A DNA stretch of 64,000 bases, taken from assembly GCA_000320545.1 (NCBI GenBank), contig ADNK01002054.1, forward strand, positions 1-64,000, given 5' to 3'. The position numbers and the translations under genes are program-made. How positions within the stretch are numbered: position 1 is the first letter of the stretch; every line of letters starts with the position of its first letter. Source of the stretch: Bigelowiella natans CCMP2755. Taxonomy: Eukaryota; Protista; Cercozoa. Under the pieces are notes generated by a model. It saw nothing but the letters and a program-made list of their open reading frames with translations, was not told where the DNA came from and did no database searches. Shown here piece by piece: positions 61,341-64,000 of this stretch.

Positions 61341-62519
61341 TAGAATGGAAAATTGTTTGCGTGCTAATGCGTTCAACATTAAGATAATTATAGCACATTG
61401 CTTTGGTATTTTACGAAACTTTCACTGCGAAATCCATCGGTGCAGCCTGGTTTGGTGTCATCATCAACAGCACCCTCTTGACAATGGTGCACGTAGTAAT
61501 CTCTCGTCTATACTGCATCTTGTTGTATGGCGAAAGCCGCTCGGAAGTAGCGTTAAGTACATGTCGTCGGTGCTCTCACTTGTAGATGGATTGGCTGATC
61601 CTCATGTGACGCGAGTAGTCTGTGCTGGCATTATACCCCCCATCCCTCTCGGAACTAAGTTGAAAGTTAAAGGATGGTTTTAGCAGCAGGTCGTCTTGAA
61701 TTGGAGGGTCTATTTTGTAACATGGTAATAAGCAGCCCGCTACTCACGGGATCGTGGTTGACAATACGACCTCTGGATTGCGTGCGTGACCTCTATGCCC
61801 ACCGTAATGCCACATTATATCGATATTACGATACTACTCTACATGCACTGCAATCTCATCATAGCTAGCATACACACCCACCAATATGCCATTGGCGCTA
61901 CAACCATCAGTTCAAATATCATACCTGCGCTCTGTCTGTGCGCAACAAATATTATGCTCGGCTGATAAGGCCATATAGCCAAGAAGTGGCTAGCTGTCAA
62001 AAGGCTTTTTATTATGCGCTACTCATTACCATTGTAGCGTGGTGTAATAATACTGCCGCTTTAATGAGCGACGTTATTAGTCCGACTAGCCAAGGTGGAT
62101 TGAGCTAGCTATGTGTCCGAAGCCGCTTATGCTTTTACGCTGGCTGCTTTCGGCCTGATTAAGCCACCGTTGCCGTTGGGTTGTTTTCACAATGCACAAC
62201 AATCCAGATCAAAGCAACTCCTAGCTACTTGCTAGTTAACAAAGGATAAACTACACTGCGGTCGTGCATTTTGGAGGCTACAAGCACAAGTACAAGGTCG
62301 GCAGCCGGGCTGTGCCAAGCTAGAGGGTAGTTCAAATCAGCTGCTGAGCCATGTAACAGCAAGCGTGACTAGGCGAAAAACATATGTGATAATGTCTAAA
62401 TTAACATTAATTCATGTGCATATATGACCATTGTGTTGTTGGCTCTTTCCCATGGCAGCTAATCAACGCACGGATGAATCTGATTTGGGGCACCAATCAC
62501 TTCACGCACCCACTAGCAC

Positions 62520-62707
62520 TCATCGGGCATTTCGTCGCGAACGTGATTTCTTCATGCGATCTTCCCGTAGTAATTCACGCTGCATTTTAGGCACTCCATC
62601 GGACACCTCTGCAGGCATTATTCTGTGCATTGCAATTGTAAATTGTAAGCTTCTACATGAGGCATTACACATCATTTACGTTCACGAAACACATGCGTAT
62701 ATGCACA

Positions 62708-62769
<62 letters not shown>

Positions 62770-62891
62770 ACCAATCGTGCTGGTGTTACTACGATTTTTA
62801 CTACTGCCTTGAGCACCTTTTCTTTGATCGTTCGCCCCTGTCTTCTTCCAACAATCTTTTTGTGGTGAAACCTTCCATAGGCTCCATCATC

Positions 62892-62926
<35 letters not shown>

Positions 62927-63254
62927 TGAACATAAGAGAGGGATAATGATGATGATAATAATGATAATGATGATGATGATGATGATGATGGGGGCAGAGA
63001 TGAATAAAGAGGGGAGGAAAATATTGTCAAGAACATTAGAGACAAGGGTGAACAAGGAAGAAATCACGATAGGAATTGTGATTTTCCACTTTTTTGGAAA
63101 AAGAGGATTTGACTCATATTACTCCGAAGATAACCATGTCATAGGACAAACCAAAATATCATCAACTCTTTGAGTGTATGTTTAATGTTCTTTTTAACAT
63201 CATGTCAAAACTTATCTCCACTCATTCTAAGAAACTGAATCATGCAGCAGTGTA

Positions 63255-63327
<73 letters not shown>

Positions 63328-64000
63328 GGAGGGGGGGGGAAGAAGGGACTACAGAGATGCTGCTGCTACATTATAATGATCATCATCATCATCTTCTTCT
63401 TCTTCTTAACGTTGCTACCTAGCTATCTATCTAATTCACTAACACCTGTGCGTCGATATCCTCAATGAGAGAGGAGTTTATTAGATCCATGTTCGGCATC
63501 AAATCGGCATAATTCACCTTCCTGTGACATCGTAATCATTACGATTCGAAATCGTGAGGAAACACTCATAATGGAAGATGTTAATTGGTTGTTACTCTGC
63601 GTGAGAACATCAGCGTTTTACAGTTATTTTTCACTATCTTCTTTTGATATTATTGACGATGGTAGTGAGGAAATGCAACTTGACGACAATATTTGACATA
63701 TATTGATGATGGAAGAGCTTTAGCGAAAAGAGAGCAAGAGGGGAAGGGAGGGAGGGCAACATGGGGGACACAATCAATAGTGTGCTTATTATCTCACAAA
63801 TCGTGCATAATTTCCATGTGCTGGCCTAGCTTTCGTGCTTCGGCGAACTCAGCGTCGCACTCCTATATATTTATCCCTCAGCTCATTCTTTATATATATA
63901 AATATGTGTGTCTGTGTGTGTGTACATCTTAATTCTATGCTACGTGATGATGACAAGCACGAGAGAAGGTCAGTTTGTAGTTCCTGCATCCTCCTCATAG
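62520..64000 (-). CDS. 3' part of an unknown multi-exon gene, possibly with one C2H2-like finger
   Basis: Exon-like blocks bounded by AG/GT: ECDAEFAEARKLGQHMEIMHD, KVNYADLMPNMDLINSSLIEDIDAQ, EVSDGVPKMQRELLREDRMKKSRSRRNAR*. Confidence 0.45.

Noticed and set aside
61960-62170. Possible MITE with ggctgataaggcc / ggcctgattaagcc ends
   Set aside because: The inverted match is weak and no target-site duplication is visible.

Overview
Eukaryotic nuclear DNA, gene-dense and intron-rich, with introns packed with microsatellites ((CA)n, (TA)n, (GA)n, (CAT)n, (TAG)n, (CCT)n). Most ORF-track entries are artefacts of those repeats, so I assembled genes by hand from GT-AG exons. Several proteins carry signal-peptide plus transit-peptide-like leaders, suggesting an alga with a secondary plastid (chlorarachniophyte-like; inference only). 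About 17 genes are present: SAC3/THP3(LENG8)-like, two C2H2 zinc-finger proteins, an STPG/SHIPPO-like protein, an NHL-repeat protein, a secreted DUF2252 kinase-like protein, a stand-alone voltage-sensor-like protein, an ABHD hydrolase, an intronless carotenoid oxygenase, HSD17B10, MnSOD, an EF-hand membrane protein, a double retropepsin-like protease, an sHSP-DUF1350 fusion, a PCMTD-like methyltransferase, pantothenate kinase and a partial unknown gene. They lie almost entirely in head-to-head pairs. The strongest unexplained signal is a set of intergenic islands nearly devoid of TpA except inside CTAG, with TA<->TG/CA differences between duplicated copies. This fits a context-specific A-to-G (RIP-like) hypermutation process. 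Also notable are a 110-bp inverted copy of a whole intron inside another intron of the same gene, and a recurrent upstream 9-mer ATGTCGCAG. Exon boundaries and counts were done by eye and need computational confirmation.
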